64,000 nucleotides of DNA, taken from a virus. Positions within the stretch are counted from its first letter, which is position 1. Each line of letters opens with the position of its first letter. The notes beneath the pieces are model-generated. The model saw nothing but the letters and a program-made list of their open reading frames with translations. It was not told the origin of the DNA and searched no databases. Of the stretch, positions 47,053 to 56,096 are shown piece after piece. The stretch is taken from positions 64,001-128,000 of IMG/VR virus record IMGVR_UViG_3300043409_002109. One strand, given 5' to 3'. A program made the position numbers and the translations under genes.

Positions 47053-49513
47053 TATTTTCCTGTTGTTCGTTTAGAACTTTTTCAATTTTTGCAGTTTGAT
47101 TCACAAGAATACCTTCGTATTTTGTATAGCCTTTTCGAAGAATACTACCCATTCTTTTCTCTACTTCTGCATTTGCATTTTCTGGAGTTGAAACTACAGT
47201 TATAGTTTTTCCACCTGAAGAAGGAATGATCCAATTAAAGCCTTGCTTTATCATTGATCCGAATCGAATGACTACATCAGGCAAACCATCAGTATATTTT
47301 ATCTGATAGTAAAGATGATTGGTATCATTTGTACTATTAACATAATTGAAAGTTTTTTCTTCAAAAGAATAACTATGAATTAATGTTGGGATTTCAGATA
47401 CTTCTGGAAAGTAAGTGTATTCTTTTCCCCAATGATCGGCTGGATCTGCATTACTTACCCAGCTATTCAATGTTAAGAGAATCAAGTTCAAGTCTTCATT
47501 CTGAAAGCATTGCCATAATGCAGTAGTAGCTTCTCCTGCACAAACTCTAGCTGAATGAGTAAACATAGAACTAATACTTGAATAATCTATTGGATTAATT
47601 ATTAATGCAGCTGTATGTGGATGCAATTTAATTGTTCTTAATGCATTCTTATCAACATTTCTCTCTTCTGGACGAACGCCAAAGATTGTATATTTTTCCG
47701 CAGGAAATAATTCAATAGTTGGGCTATCTCCTGGAACAACCATAGAGACTTTGAAAAGGTATGGACCTCCGACTCTAGAGCCCCACTTAGTTTCCCACTC
47801 TGGGTCTCTTGCTCCTACTCTAATCTTATTAGGCCGAATTGTCCTAGCAATAACTTGATGAAGGAACCAGTTGCTGTTCAAAGAGCATTCTTTATTTTTA
47901 GAAACACTTTCAATTGCACCAGAGACTTTATTCTTATAAAGAACATCAAGAACTATCCAGTTCTGGCGTAACCAAATCTGTTGAATATTAGGTAAGGTTT
48001 CAATACCCAATTCTTTAAGAATATCATCTTGTGAAACTGCAGATTTTAGAGCTAATTCATTCAGAATATCAAAATCTTTTTTAACTTGATCTAATTTTTT
48101 CTGCTGAGCATCTAAAGTATTATTCCAATTTTTAATTTCTTGTTCTTTAGCTAAGAGTATTCTTTTTAGCTCCTTTAATTGATCTACGTTAGCCTGTCTA
48201 ATCGCAAGTATTTGATTGCGTTTAGACTGATGCTGCTTGTATATAGATTCAAATTCAAGAACATTTTTCTCTTTATTCTGGGCAGCATTTAAATTTCTTT
48301 TAAAATTTCTACCAGATTCTGTTCTTACTAGAAGTTTAGAAAAATTCATATTTTGCCAAGATTCACTTGGTAATATTTTTTTTTCTAAAAGAATATTCTC
48401 ATATTTTGACTGTATTTTTAGAGTGGAATTAATTTTTTCTAAGGTAGTATACCAAGATTTACCTAAGGTATTTATTTGATTAGGAAAAAATCTTTTAACT
48501 TCTTTATATCTCTCAACCAAAATAGGATGATTTTCTAAAGATGTTCTTTGTCTAGCTAAATCTTTGACTAAGATATCTAGAGCCTCGGTTAAAATAAGAT
48601 TTTCTTTCTTATCGAGGTCTGAATAAGAAGTATTAAAATGGATTAGCTGAGTTATAGAGACTTCTTCATAGGTCCCTGAAGAAGGATTTATTACTAAAAC
48701 GTTTCTTCGTATTGGGATGAACATACCAGGCTGATAATTTCCTAACGCTATCTTCTCGTTTGAAAATTCAACTTCATTTTTAGAATTAGACTTTACAAGT
48801 AAGACATTAGTTCTATGTGACGGGCCACAATTGTTTATTAGTTCTTTGAGATATTCTTTAGGAAGTAAACTGATAGGTCCATCTTCGTCTACCCAGCCTT
48901 GATATAACCCTATTTTTAACCTACGATTTTCAGCATTAAGATTTAAATTTTTATTATTAACTCTTTTTGTTGTCCAAGTATTAGGAAGTATGAAGCTCAT
49001 ATCTATTTGAGGTTCAACTAGATCGGGATATATCTCTTTAATAGAAGGTGGAATAAGATTATATTCATCGAATACTAAAGGAGTCACATATATTGTATCA
49101 GGATATGGCTGATAAGCAGATAGCTTTTGATCTGGATCCTTAGTATAAGATGAAATAGGATCATCTTCTTCTGACTGTTGTACTATCCAAAAGATACTTG
49201 AAGAACTTGAATTCTGCTTTAATTTTATATTCGACAACGAATATCTTGATCTTAAATATTCGAGATTATCTACTTTTGGGCTGCCACTAGGCTTTAGTAA
49301 TATATCTTCACTTAAAGATATAAATTTATTTTCACTTAGATTAAGTGTATATCTGGCAAGACTTTTAATTATTGGATCAAAGTCTTCATTAAAAGGATGT
49401 CCAGATCTTGTAGCGTTTGCCTGCAGTAAAGAAGGGAAAGCTAAAACAAATCGAGAAGAATGGAGCGGGCGGGATCCAAGACTAGGAAGCGCATGACGAG
49501 AAGTAGAATACAT
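47024..49513 (-). CDS. Large coiled-coil protein with E2/UBC-like domain and C-terminal WGR-like domain
   Basis: GGPYLFKV..P...PTI.L, LHPH, RVCAG, LNLILLTL.SW..NADP.D mirror the UBC fold; YYQI...V.IRFG...A..E..K.....KGY mirrors WGR. Confidence 0.7.
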   Translation of the reverse strand: MYSTSRHALPSLGSRPLHSSRFVLAFPSLLQANATRSGHPFNEDFDPIIKSLARYTLNLSENKFISLSEDILLKPSGSPKVDNLEYLRSRYSLSNIKLKQNSSSSSIFWIVQQSEEDDPISSYTKDPDQKLSAYQPYPDTIYVTPLVFDEYNLIPPSIKEIYPDLVEPQIDMSFILPNTWTTKRVNNKNLNLNAENRRLKIGLYQGWVDEDGPISLLPKEYLKELINNCGPSHRTNVLLVKSNSKNEVEFSNEKIALGNYQPGMFIPIRRNVLVINPSSGTYEEVSITQLIHFNTSYSDLDKKENLILTEALDILVKDLARQRTSLENHPILVERYKEVKRFFPNQINTLGKSWYTTLEKINSTLKIQSKYENILLEKKILPSESWQNMNFSKLLVRTESGRNFKRNLNAAQNKEKNVLEFESIYKQHQSKRNQILAIRQANVDQLKELKRILLAKEQEIKNWNNTLDAQQKKLDQVKKDFDILNELALKSAVSQDDILKELGIETLPNIQQIWLRQNWIVLDVLYKNKVSGAIESVSKNKECSLNSNWFLHQVIARTIRPNKIRVGARDPEWETKWGSRVGGPYLFKVSMVVPGDSPTIELFPAEKYTIFGVRPEERNVDKNALRTIKLHPHTAALIINPIDYSSISSMFTHSARVCAGEATTALWQCFQNEDLNLILLTLNSWVSNADPADHWGKEYTYFPEVSEIPTLIHSYSFEEKTFNYVNSTNDTNHLYYQIKYTDGLPDVVIRFGSMIKQGFNWIIPSSGGKTITVVSTPENANAEVEKRMGSILRKGYTKYEGILVNQTAKIEKVLNEQQENNESNNTGTA

Positions 49514-50028
49514 TATATTTCAAATCCTTTTAATATTATTTGTTCATCTATATTTTCGTCGATAGCATTAACTAAGAATTTGAATTGATTTTCACTGATC
49601 TTTACGTCAGGTAGAATCTCATAATTTTTTAGTAATAGCTGGATATTAGGTTCAAGTTCGCCTTGAGCTTTATATTTTAGTATCAATAGTGTTGGGTGAG
49701 GCCGAAGAGAGCTTAACTCTATTAAGAATTTCTTTCTTAGAGTTTCACGATGCGAAGGAGTTATATTATTTTGAAATAATATTTTAATTCTTTGATAAAA
49801 ATTCTTAGTTAATCCAGCCATAGCTTTTTTTCTTTGAGTTTCGTTCCACGTCTTTGTGGCTCTTGTGCTAGGATAATTTTTAGGTATAGAGAGAGAAAAC
49901 TTCTCCCTCTTTCCATATTTAAATTCTGGTAAAGTTTTATCTGGTATTAAATAAAAATTCTTGTAATCGTCATCCGTATTTTCAGTCGGTGTTATTGGAA
50001 CAAACTGAATCAATTGATTAAGACGCAT
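49513..50028 (-). CDS. Hypothetical protein coupled to the E2 gene
   Basis: TAATG overlap. Confidence 0.55.
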   Translation of the reverse strand: MRLNQLIQFVPITPTENTDDDYKNFYLIPDKTLPEFKYGKREKFSLSIPKNYPSTRATKTWNETQRKKAMAGLTKNFYQRIKILFQNNITPSHRETLRKKFLIELSSLRPHPTLLILKYKAQGELEPNIQLLLKNYEILPDVKISENQFKFLVNAIDENIDEQIILKGFEI

Positions 50029-50653
50029 CTTTTTCCACGGCTATAAGGGCGATGACATACAATCCAACATTGGGCGCTATGTCATCAATAAATATTTGAG
50101 GATGTTTAATCATAGGTAGTAGCTCTTTGGGTAAAACTAGACATCCTATTTCAGTTAGGATTCTTTTAGTATCTAAGAGAATATCTATGATTTTTTCAAT
50201 CTCTTCATTTTTAGATTGAAGAGTTATTTCTAACTTGTAACGAATCTTATGATATTCGATCCAGAGTTTATTAAAAGTAGATACAAGATTATATTCGTAA
50301 TCAGAGAGTAATCGAAGTACTTCTGATTGAATATGAATCTTTAGCGAGTTAAGATTAGGGATTCGATTTGTATTACGTAAACGTACTTGTACTAATCCAT
50401 TAATATAATAATTTGCTTCTATTTCAATTCCGCAACTTTTTAAGTTTATTATCTCACTAGGAGATAATCGATTATATTCATTTCTTTCTAGGAATGTTGC
50501 AGGAGATCCAGCGAATGCTAAACTTAAGCATTCTTGTGGATCCAACCTCAAAGAAATGTTGTTACTCTGGCCCTTTGTTATCAGAAGATTCGTATTTCTC
50601 ACTATCCAAGGGATAGAGTTCATTTTGAATCTCCATGATAAAAGATGGAGCAT
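50018..50653 (-). CDS. Hypothetical protein
   Basis: Packed ORF. Confidence 0.5.
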   Translation of the reverse strand: MLHLLSWRFKMNSIPWIVRNTNLLITKGQSNNISLRLDPQECLSLAFAGSPATFLERNEYNRLSPSEIINLKSCGIEIEANYYINGLVQVRLRNTNRIPNLNSLKIHIQSEVLRLLSDYEYNLVSTFNKLWIEYHKIRYKLEITLQSKNEEIEKIIDILLDTKRILTEIGCLVLPKELLPMIKHPQIFIDDIAPNVGLYVIALIAVEKDAS

Positions 50654-50804
50654 CTTTTATGTCATAGACTAATAAAGGAAAGCCACACTCTTCACACAAT
50701 AGTCTTTCTGGTAGAATTTCTAATGCTTGAGCATAACCGCAGTTATCTAGATCTATACAATAAACTTGATATAACATCTTTTGACCTAACCAGCAGGGCG
50801 GCAT
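50562..50804 (-). CDS. Small Zn-ribbon protein
   Basis: C.....C ... CEECG; start probably the internal Met. Confidence 0.45.
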   Translation of the reverse strand: MPPCWLGQKMLYQVYCIDLDNCGYAQALEILPERLLCEECGFPLLVYDIKDAPSFIMEIQNELYPLDSEKYESSDNKGPE

Positions 50805-50828
50805 AGCCGCCCAACAGAGACAAAATCT

Positions 50829-51023
50829 TTAATCTTCATAACGGGTAGGAGTATCCATCCGAAGGATGGCGCGAGTAAGATAAGTATTATTTACTCCCTC
50901 TGCTCGAAGAGCGCGTCTAGCGTTGCGTGCTTCATCACGAGTAGACCAACGGCTATGCACCTTGGTGGTACTGGTCCAGACTGTGTATATGTAGAGCGGA
51001 ATAGTGTTCATTTCGATAATCAT
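50829..51023 (-). CDS. Small basic hypothetical protein
   Basis: AAGGA RBS, followed by a hairpin. Confidence 0.5.
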   Translation of the reverse strand: MIIEMNTIPLYIYTVWTSTTKVHSRWSTRDEARNARRALRAEGVNNTYLTRAILRMDTPTRYED

Positions 51024-51031
51024 TTGTTCCT

Positions 51032-52768
51032 TTATCTACAGAAACCTATAGAAGGTTTATGTAGAATATTTTGTTTGAAAACTGTATCAATAAATTCTTT
51101 ATTGATAGTTTGATTTGTTTTTTCATAAGCGTAGATGTTTGTAGCAGCTACTCTTAAGAGTCTTCGGACGCGCTGTTCGATCTGTCGAACTTGTTTTATT
51201 TTGGCAAGCTCAGAGAAAGCTTCGTCGGTCCATTCAATTGGTAATGTTTTAATATTGTAGTCAAGAACTATCTTGGGCAGAAGATAATCATTTAAGATTT
51301 TATGACGTTCTTCATATTCATATTCTCTAAATCGAATGAACTCTAATCTGTCTTTAAGAGCTTCAGGTATTCTATCTTCATAGTTTACTGTAGCAACGAA
51401 TAGAATCTTGCTAAGATCTACCTCTAACTCTATATAGCGATCGATAAATTCTTTATTTTGAGAGTTATCTAATGCGCTTAAAAGAGCTGATGCGGCTGAA
51501 CCTCTATGAGTATCAAGTTTATCTAGTTCATCCAAGAGTATACAAGGATTCATTGATCCAGCATTGCAAAGAGCATTGATAATTCTTCCGCATTTACTAC
51601 TGATGTATGTTCTTCTGTGACCTACTATATCGGCTTCATCACCGATACCTCCTAAGCTGACGGTCTGGAAGGACCGTCCAGAAGCTTCTGCTAAGGTCCT
51701 AGCTATACTGGATTTACCTGTTCCTGGAGGTCCAGATAAGCAGATAATAGCTCCTGAACTATTACCTTTAATCTTTTCTATGCACATATGTTCAATCAGA
51801 TAATCTTTTACATCATCTAGACCATAGTGGCTTCTGTTAAGATCTTCTCTTAATGCTTTTAGAGAGAAATCTCTTTCTGAACTTTTGCCCCATGGGATTT
51901 TGAATACCCAGCTAAGATAATCTTTTAGCATAGATGCTTCGGTTGAATTTCCTGGCATCGAATCTAATCTACTTATTTCCTCAGAAATTTTTGGGCGATG
52001 CATCTCTGGGAAAGCTGTTATATCCAATCTTTCTTTATAAGAAAGATTCTTAGAAGAAGATGTATTACGCTCTTGTTTCTCTATCTTAGAATTAGTAGCA
52101 GGTGATTTCTTTTTGTGTTTTCTTTCCATAACAAGATCACTAATTTGAGTAGTGGTCATAAGCCATCTTTCTAAATTAGATTCTTCTTGAAGATACTTAA
52201 TTCTAGATTCTTTTTCAGAGAAAACATAATCTGCCATATAATCCATACGACGGAATAAGTTTACTTCTTCTGTTAAGAGATTACATAAAGTCTGTTCAAA
52301 TATATCAGAGTTTTTAGAGATGACTTTAGATAGAGCTTCAATATCTGCATAGATACCATGTTCATCATCTTCTAACTCTTCTATATAAAATTGAGTAGTA
52401 CAATAGATTCTAGAGAGTCCATCAGTATCTATATCTAAAATAACATCTTCAGTAACGAATGCGCGTCCTTCAATTTTAATTGTATATAAAGACATCTCAT
52501 CATTGATATCTTCAGGCTCTGTTATAGAGCCTAATAATCCTATGTCATATACATTATCTAGATACTCTCCAAGATCTTCCATCATTAGAGATGTGTCTCT
52601 AGTTTTGGGTATAGCAAAGAGAATGCGACGTTTAATTTGATCTCTTCCTAAAGAAAATTCTACAGGAGAAAAATACTTTAGACGTTCATTCGAAATTAAT
52701 AAGTGAATTACTTGTCCAGGGATAGGTATGTCATCATTTAATTCTAATACGTAAACGGGATAGTTCAT
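51032..52768 (-). CDS. Lon-type AAA+ ATPase lacking the protease domain (LonN + AAA), ending in IGF
   Basis: HYGL..VK, GPPGTGKS, SLGG..DE.DI.GHRRTY, LLDELDK, DR.E; stops at 578 aa with KPSIGFCR and no Lon_C. Confidence 0.9.
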   Translation of the reverse strand: MNYPVYVLELNDDIPIPGQVIHLLISNERLKYFSPVEFSLGRDQIKRRILFAIPKTRDTSLMMEDLGEYLDNVYDIGLLGSITEPEDINDEMSLYTIKIEGRAFVTEDVILDIDTDGLSRIYCTTQFYIEELEDDEHGIYADIEALSKVISKNSDIFEQTLCNLLTEEVNLFRRMDYMADYVFSEKESRIKYLQEESNLERWLMTTTQISDLVMERKHKKKSPATNSKIEKQERNTSSSKNLSYKERLDITAFPEMHRPKISEEISRLDSMPGNSTEASMLKDYLSWVFKIPWGKSSERDFSLKALREDLNRSHYGLDDVKDYLIEHMCIEKIKGNSSGAIICLSGPPGTGKSSIARTLAEASGRSFQTVSLGGIGDEADIVGHRRTYISSKCGRIINALCNAGSMNPCILLDELDKLDTHRGSAASALLSALDNSQNKEFIDRYIELEVDLSKILFVATVNYEDRIPEALKDRLEFIRFREYEYEERHKILNDYLLPKIVLDYNIKTLPIEWTDEAFSELAKIKQVRQIEQRVRRLLRVAATNIYAYEKTNQTINKEFIDTVFKQNILHKPSIGFCR

Positions 52769-52781
52769 TGTTTTCCTAATA

Positions 52782-52806
52782 CAAGAGGCGCCTTAGGCGC
52801 CTCTTG
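52782..52806. terminator. Intergenic 11-bp triloop hairpin
   Basis: CAAGAGGCGCC-TTA-GGCGCCTCTTG. Confidence 0.55.
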
Positions 52807-52818
52807 CTATCTCTGAAA

Positions 52819-53097
52819 TTATTTTTCAGGAAGTCTATTTAAAGTTTTTGACCATATAGTTTGAAGATCATTTTCTAATTCAGTTATTTTTTCTTCTAAG
52901 TATTCAATTCTAGAATCTTTTTCAGCAAGAATGTATTTAGTTATTGCTTTTTCTTGTTGTAATAGTAATTCGGCAGGATGAAGTGGCCAAGCTTTATTTC
53001 TAATATAGAAAGATATTGTTTGTACTAGAAAATATACTACGAATCCAAGCTGATAAAGACCTAGACAACAAAGAAAATTAATTGCTATTGTCTGCAT
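52819..53097 (-). CDS. Membrane-anchored coiled-coil protein
   Basis: N-terminal hydrophobic helix plus heptads. Confidence 0.55.
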   Translation of the reverse strand: MQTIAINFLCCLGLYQLGFVVYFLVQTISFYIRNKAWPLHPAELLLQQEKAITKYILAEKDSRIEYLEEKITELENDLQTIWSKTLNRLPEK

Positions 53098-53410
53098 TAA
53101 TAATCTCTGAGTCTATTGATTCTACTTCTATTTTCTTTAAAGTAGTTTCTCTGTTTTTCTTTTCTTTAATTAGTTGTTTAGGTGTTTTAAGATTTAGTAA
53201 TTCATTTTCTAAATCTTGTAAGCGCCTAATTAAAATAGAGCGTTCATTTTCTAGGGCATAAATCTTAGCATTAGCTGTTTTTACTTTACGCTCTAATTCT
53301 ATTATGGTCGTCATTATGGATCCAAATGATGTTGTTTTGTAAGCCATAAGATTCCATTTCTTTTTGGGAAACTTTATAAGCTTGTAGAGGAAGTCCACTA
53401 TAATATTCAC
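53078..53410 (-). CDS. Coiled-coil protein
   Basis: GGAG RBS with GTG start. Confidence 0.55.
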   Translation of the reverse strand: MNIIVDFLYKLIKFPKKKWNLMAYKTTSFGSIMTTIIELERKVKTANAKIYALENERSILIRRLQDLENELLNLKTPKQLIKEKKNRETTLKKIEVESIDSEIINADNSN

Positions 53411-53565
53411 ATCTTTCTCCTAGCAGGATACCTTGTGAATTAATTATTGGAGTCATGATTGGGTAATAAAATCCTTTAGCACCTTTTAACGAGGTATAAA
53501 AGGATTCAATTGAAAAAAAGGTATAGAAAGATTGAGCTAAAGCGAATTCCAAAGGCATGTTATTC

Positions 53566-53925
53566 CTATGTTAACAAATGGATAAAATATAACAAGAAGA
53601 TTAAATGTAAAGTTTGATCAAGAGCTTGTATTAAAATTACTTTATTAAAATTCTGATCTATTCTGGCACGTTGAATTTCCCAAGAGGAAAGTGAATCTGA
53701 AAGTATGTGAAACATAGTTATAAGTATAGTATAGTCAATGATATTAAGAAAATTAAAATTGACTACAGGATACAAAGTTAAACCTGTAACAAGAGTCAAT
53801 GTATAAATCATATGATGTTTAAACATTTCAGAATGTTTCCACCATTTATCTTTAAGCATTATGTTTGTTTGGAATAAAAAGTCTCCAATTAAATGAAGAA
53901 TTAGAAGGTATGATATCAGCTGCAT
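53566..53925 (-). CDS. DUF3307-family membrane protein
   Basis: HLIGDFLFQ, H...Y, H...D, DQ..H. Confidence 0.8.
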   Translation of the reverse strand: MQLISYLLILHLIGDFLFQTNIMLKDKWWKHSEMFKHHMIYTLTLVTGLTLYPVVNFNFLNIIDYTILITMFHILSDSLSSWEIQRARIDQNFNKVILIQALDQTLHLIFLLYFIHLLT

Positions 53926-53978
53926 ATGGTGATCTTTAAAGAATATTATTATTTAGAGATTAAATAAGATTCGTATAT

Positions 53979-54009
53979 TATAGAGATACTCCTAAGGAGT
54001 ATCTCTATA
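53979..54009. terminator. 14-bp triloop hairpin
   Basis: TATAGAGATACTCC-TAA-GGAGTATCTCTATA. Confidence 0.55.
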
Positions 54010-54012
54010 TAT

Positions 54013-54339
54013 TTAATAACTAGCTGATTCGGTAAGTATTGGAAAATCTTCGAAGATGTTTTTAACTAAATTTCTAATACTTTCATTTGTAGAGTCGCTT
54101 CTATCGATTTCTAAGTAAATTCTTTGTAGAGAATTTAGAGAAACCTGTAAGATACCCGCTAGTCGGCTGTCAGTAGCGCCATGGCCGTCTGCGATATAAC
54201 CAAGTCTATTCATTAGGATTCCAAGAATATCACATGGTTGGTAATTATAATCCCATACTCTAAACTTCAGACTTGATTTGGCTTTGACATCGAACTCATC
54301 GAAAAGACCGAGAAAGGTAATACGTGCTAGATTGCTCAT
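54013..54339 (-). CDS. Hypothetical protein
   Basis: AGGA RBS, flanked by hairpins. Confidence 0.6.
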   Translation of the reverse strand: MSNLARITFLGLFDEFDVKAKSSLKFRVWDYNYQPCDILGILMNRLGYIADGHGATDSRLAGILQVSLNSLQRIYLEIDRSDSTNESIRNLVKNIFEDFPILTESASY

Positions 54340-54985
54340 TAAATTTTCCTATTAATTGTTATATGTATAGTAAGGAGTATGCCGGTAAGGGCATACTCCT
54401 AAATATCTTTCTATTTTTTCCATAAGATGAAACTTATAGTATGCGATAGTTTTGATACTGCCAACAAATTAGGCTGATCTTTATTGCATAGAAACATATT
54501 ATATTTTGCTGATTGGTTTCACGCCTTAGCTCGCAAAGAATCTAAGTGAGTACGTTCTTTTCACGTATGCTAGTAGTTAATGTCTAGACTGACAGACTTT
54601 TTATCGAGTAATCTATTATCTTTTAAGTTTTTGTCTTTATATTTATATTTAAATTGATGTTTATTGATATTGTTTTCGATTCAGACAGATATTACTATCC
54701 TCTATATCTACTATCGCACGTATAACAACTTTTTAGATTTTTTCTATTGATTACTAACTTATATTTTCGAAGACAACCTCTATCTAGCAATTTTTTGGAT
54801 TCAATTTCATCTCTTAATCTTTGACTCATTTATTTATTACGTAGAAAATCATTTCTATAGGCAACAAATCATTATTGGCAGATCCCTTTAATGCAATTGT
54901 TGTTTGATCCTATAGTCTACATAACAAATTTATTTATCTCGGAGAGGTTTACTTTCTCTTCTTCGGGTGCCAGCTCGCCAAAGCG

Positions 54986-55008
54986 AAAGGGCGCCATAGG
55001 CGCCCCCC
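54986..55008 (-). terminator. Intrinsic terminator
   Basis: GGGCGCC-TAT-GGCGCCC followed by TTTCGCTTT on the - strand. Confidence 0.65.
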
Positions 55009-55016
55009 ACAAAGAC

Positions 55017-55298
55017 TTATAGTGTACGATTAGAGTCAGGTTTAAAACCTTTAAAATTCCCCCAAGGCCATAGAACTTGTAAGAGTTTAACTCTATGTTC
55101 GTGGTTACCTTTACTCGCTACAAATGCTAAGGCAGTTACATCAAAAGGAGTTTCAAATTTTGTAACATACCAATTTATAACTTGTTTCTCTGTATCAGTC
55201 ATAACTATTTTGATATCTCTTGCCTGCATAGAGAAATCAATTTTTATTCCTGAAGAGATTATTTGATGAGGAGAAGGAAAGTCGAAGATATCAAGCAT
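55017..55298 (-). CDS. Hypothetical protein
   Basis: Packed ORF. Confidence 0.55.
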   Translation of the reverse strand: MLDIFDFPSPHQIISSGIKIDFSMQARDIKIVMTDTEKQVINWYVTKFETPFDVTALAFVASKGNHEHRVKLLQVLWPWGNFKGFKPDSNRTL

Positions 55299-55599
55299 GA
55301 GAATTCCTTTCAGGAATTATTAAATAAGAATTTTTATCTTCTGCTGGGTGTGGATCTAACAGATGATATCTGCTGTTACTTTCAGTTACGAGAACTCTCC
55401 CCTCTCTATATCTAATAGGTGAGGTAGTCGTAATTCTAATGTGACTTAAAAGTTGTCCATATTCTGTTAAGACTTGGCCGCTTAAATAGAATTCATCTTT
55501 ATTAAATTTCACTAAACGCCATGTGGTGATAGTTCTATCTCGACTACCTGTTTCATGAGTAACAATAGTGTTGAAGTGTGGTTCCATTATGTTATTCAT
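55291..55599 (-). CDS. Conserved small phage protein
   Basis: L.G.V...I.TTSPI....V.T..SRY.L..P motif. Confidence 0.55.
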   Translation of the reverse strand: MNNIMEPHFNTIVTHETGSRDRTITTWRLVKFNKDEFYLSGQVLTEYGQLLSHIRITTTSPIRYREGRVLVTESNSRYHLLDPHPAEDKNSYLIIPERNSHA

Positions 55600-56021
55600 G
55601 ATATTAGCTCTAAGATTTTAGTTTTTAAGTTAGGGAAAAGATTTTCTGGCAAGTCATCGGCATTAAACCATTCCCATCTTTCACATTTATGTGGCTCCAT
55701 TAGCTTAACATTTTGTTTTAGTTTAGGATCTAAATCCATAAAATAATAACAAGTTATACAAGCAATGTTTAAGTCTGAGTGTTGTTCAATTGTAGCTTCT
55801 AAACTATATAGCTCTGATTGAGATACTTTTAATCCAACTTCTTCAAGAAGTTCTCGCTGACAAGTTTCTTTTAAATCAGTGTCTGTACGATCGACCCAAC
55901 CACCTGGGGCTGACCAAAGCCCAGCTGCATGGGCTCCTTTACGGAGTCCTAAGAGGACCTGATCTTCGTCGTCTATCACTATTATAGCGACACCAACACC
56001 AACGTCATTTGGTCTGGGCAT
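55596..56021 (-). CDS. Nudix hydrolase (MutT/NUDT15-like)
   Basis: PGG...RELLEEVG Nudix box; EPHKCE.W.W. Confidence 0.9.
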   Translation of the reverse strand: MPRPNDVGVGVAIIVIDDEDQVLLGLRKGAHAAGLWSAPGGWVDRTDTDLKETCQRELLEEVGLKVSQSELYSLEATIEQHSDLNIACITCYYFMDLDPKLKQNVKLMEPHKCERWEWFNADDLPENLFPNLKTKILELIS

Positions 56022-56055
56022 AATATATTCCTTGGAGTTTCATAATCCGGACCAA

Positions 56056-56076
56056 CAGGGGGCCATAGGCCCCCTG
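56056..56076. terminator. Triloop hairpin downstream of nrdJ
   Basis: CAGGGGGCC-ATA-GGCCCCCTG. Confidence 0.55.
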
Positions 56077-56096
56077 ACTAACAAAGCATTGTTAGG

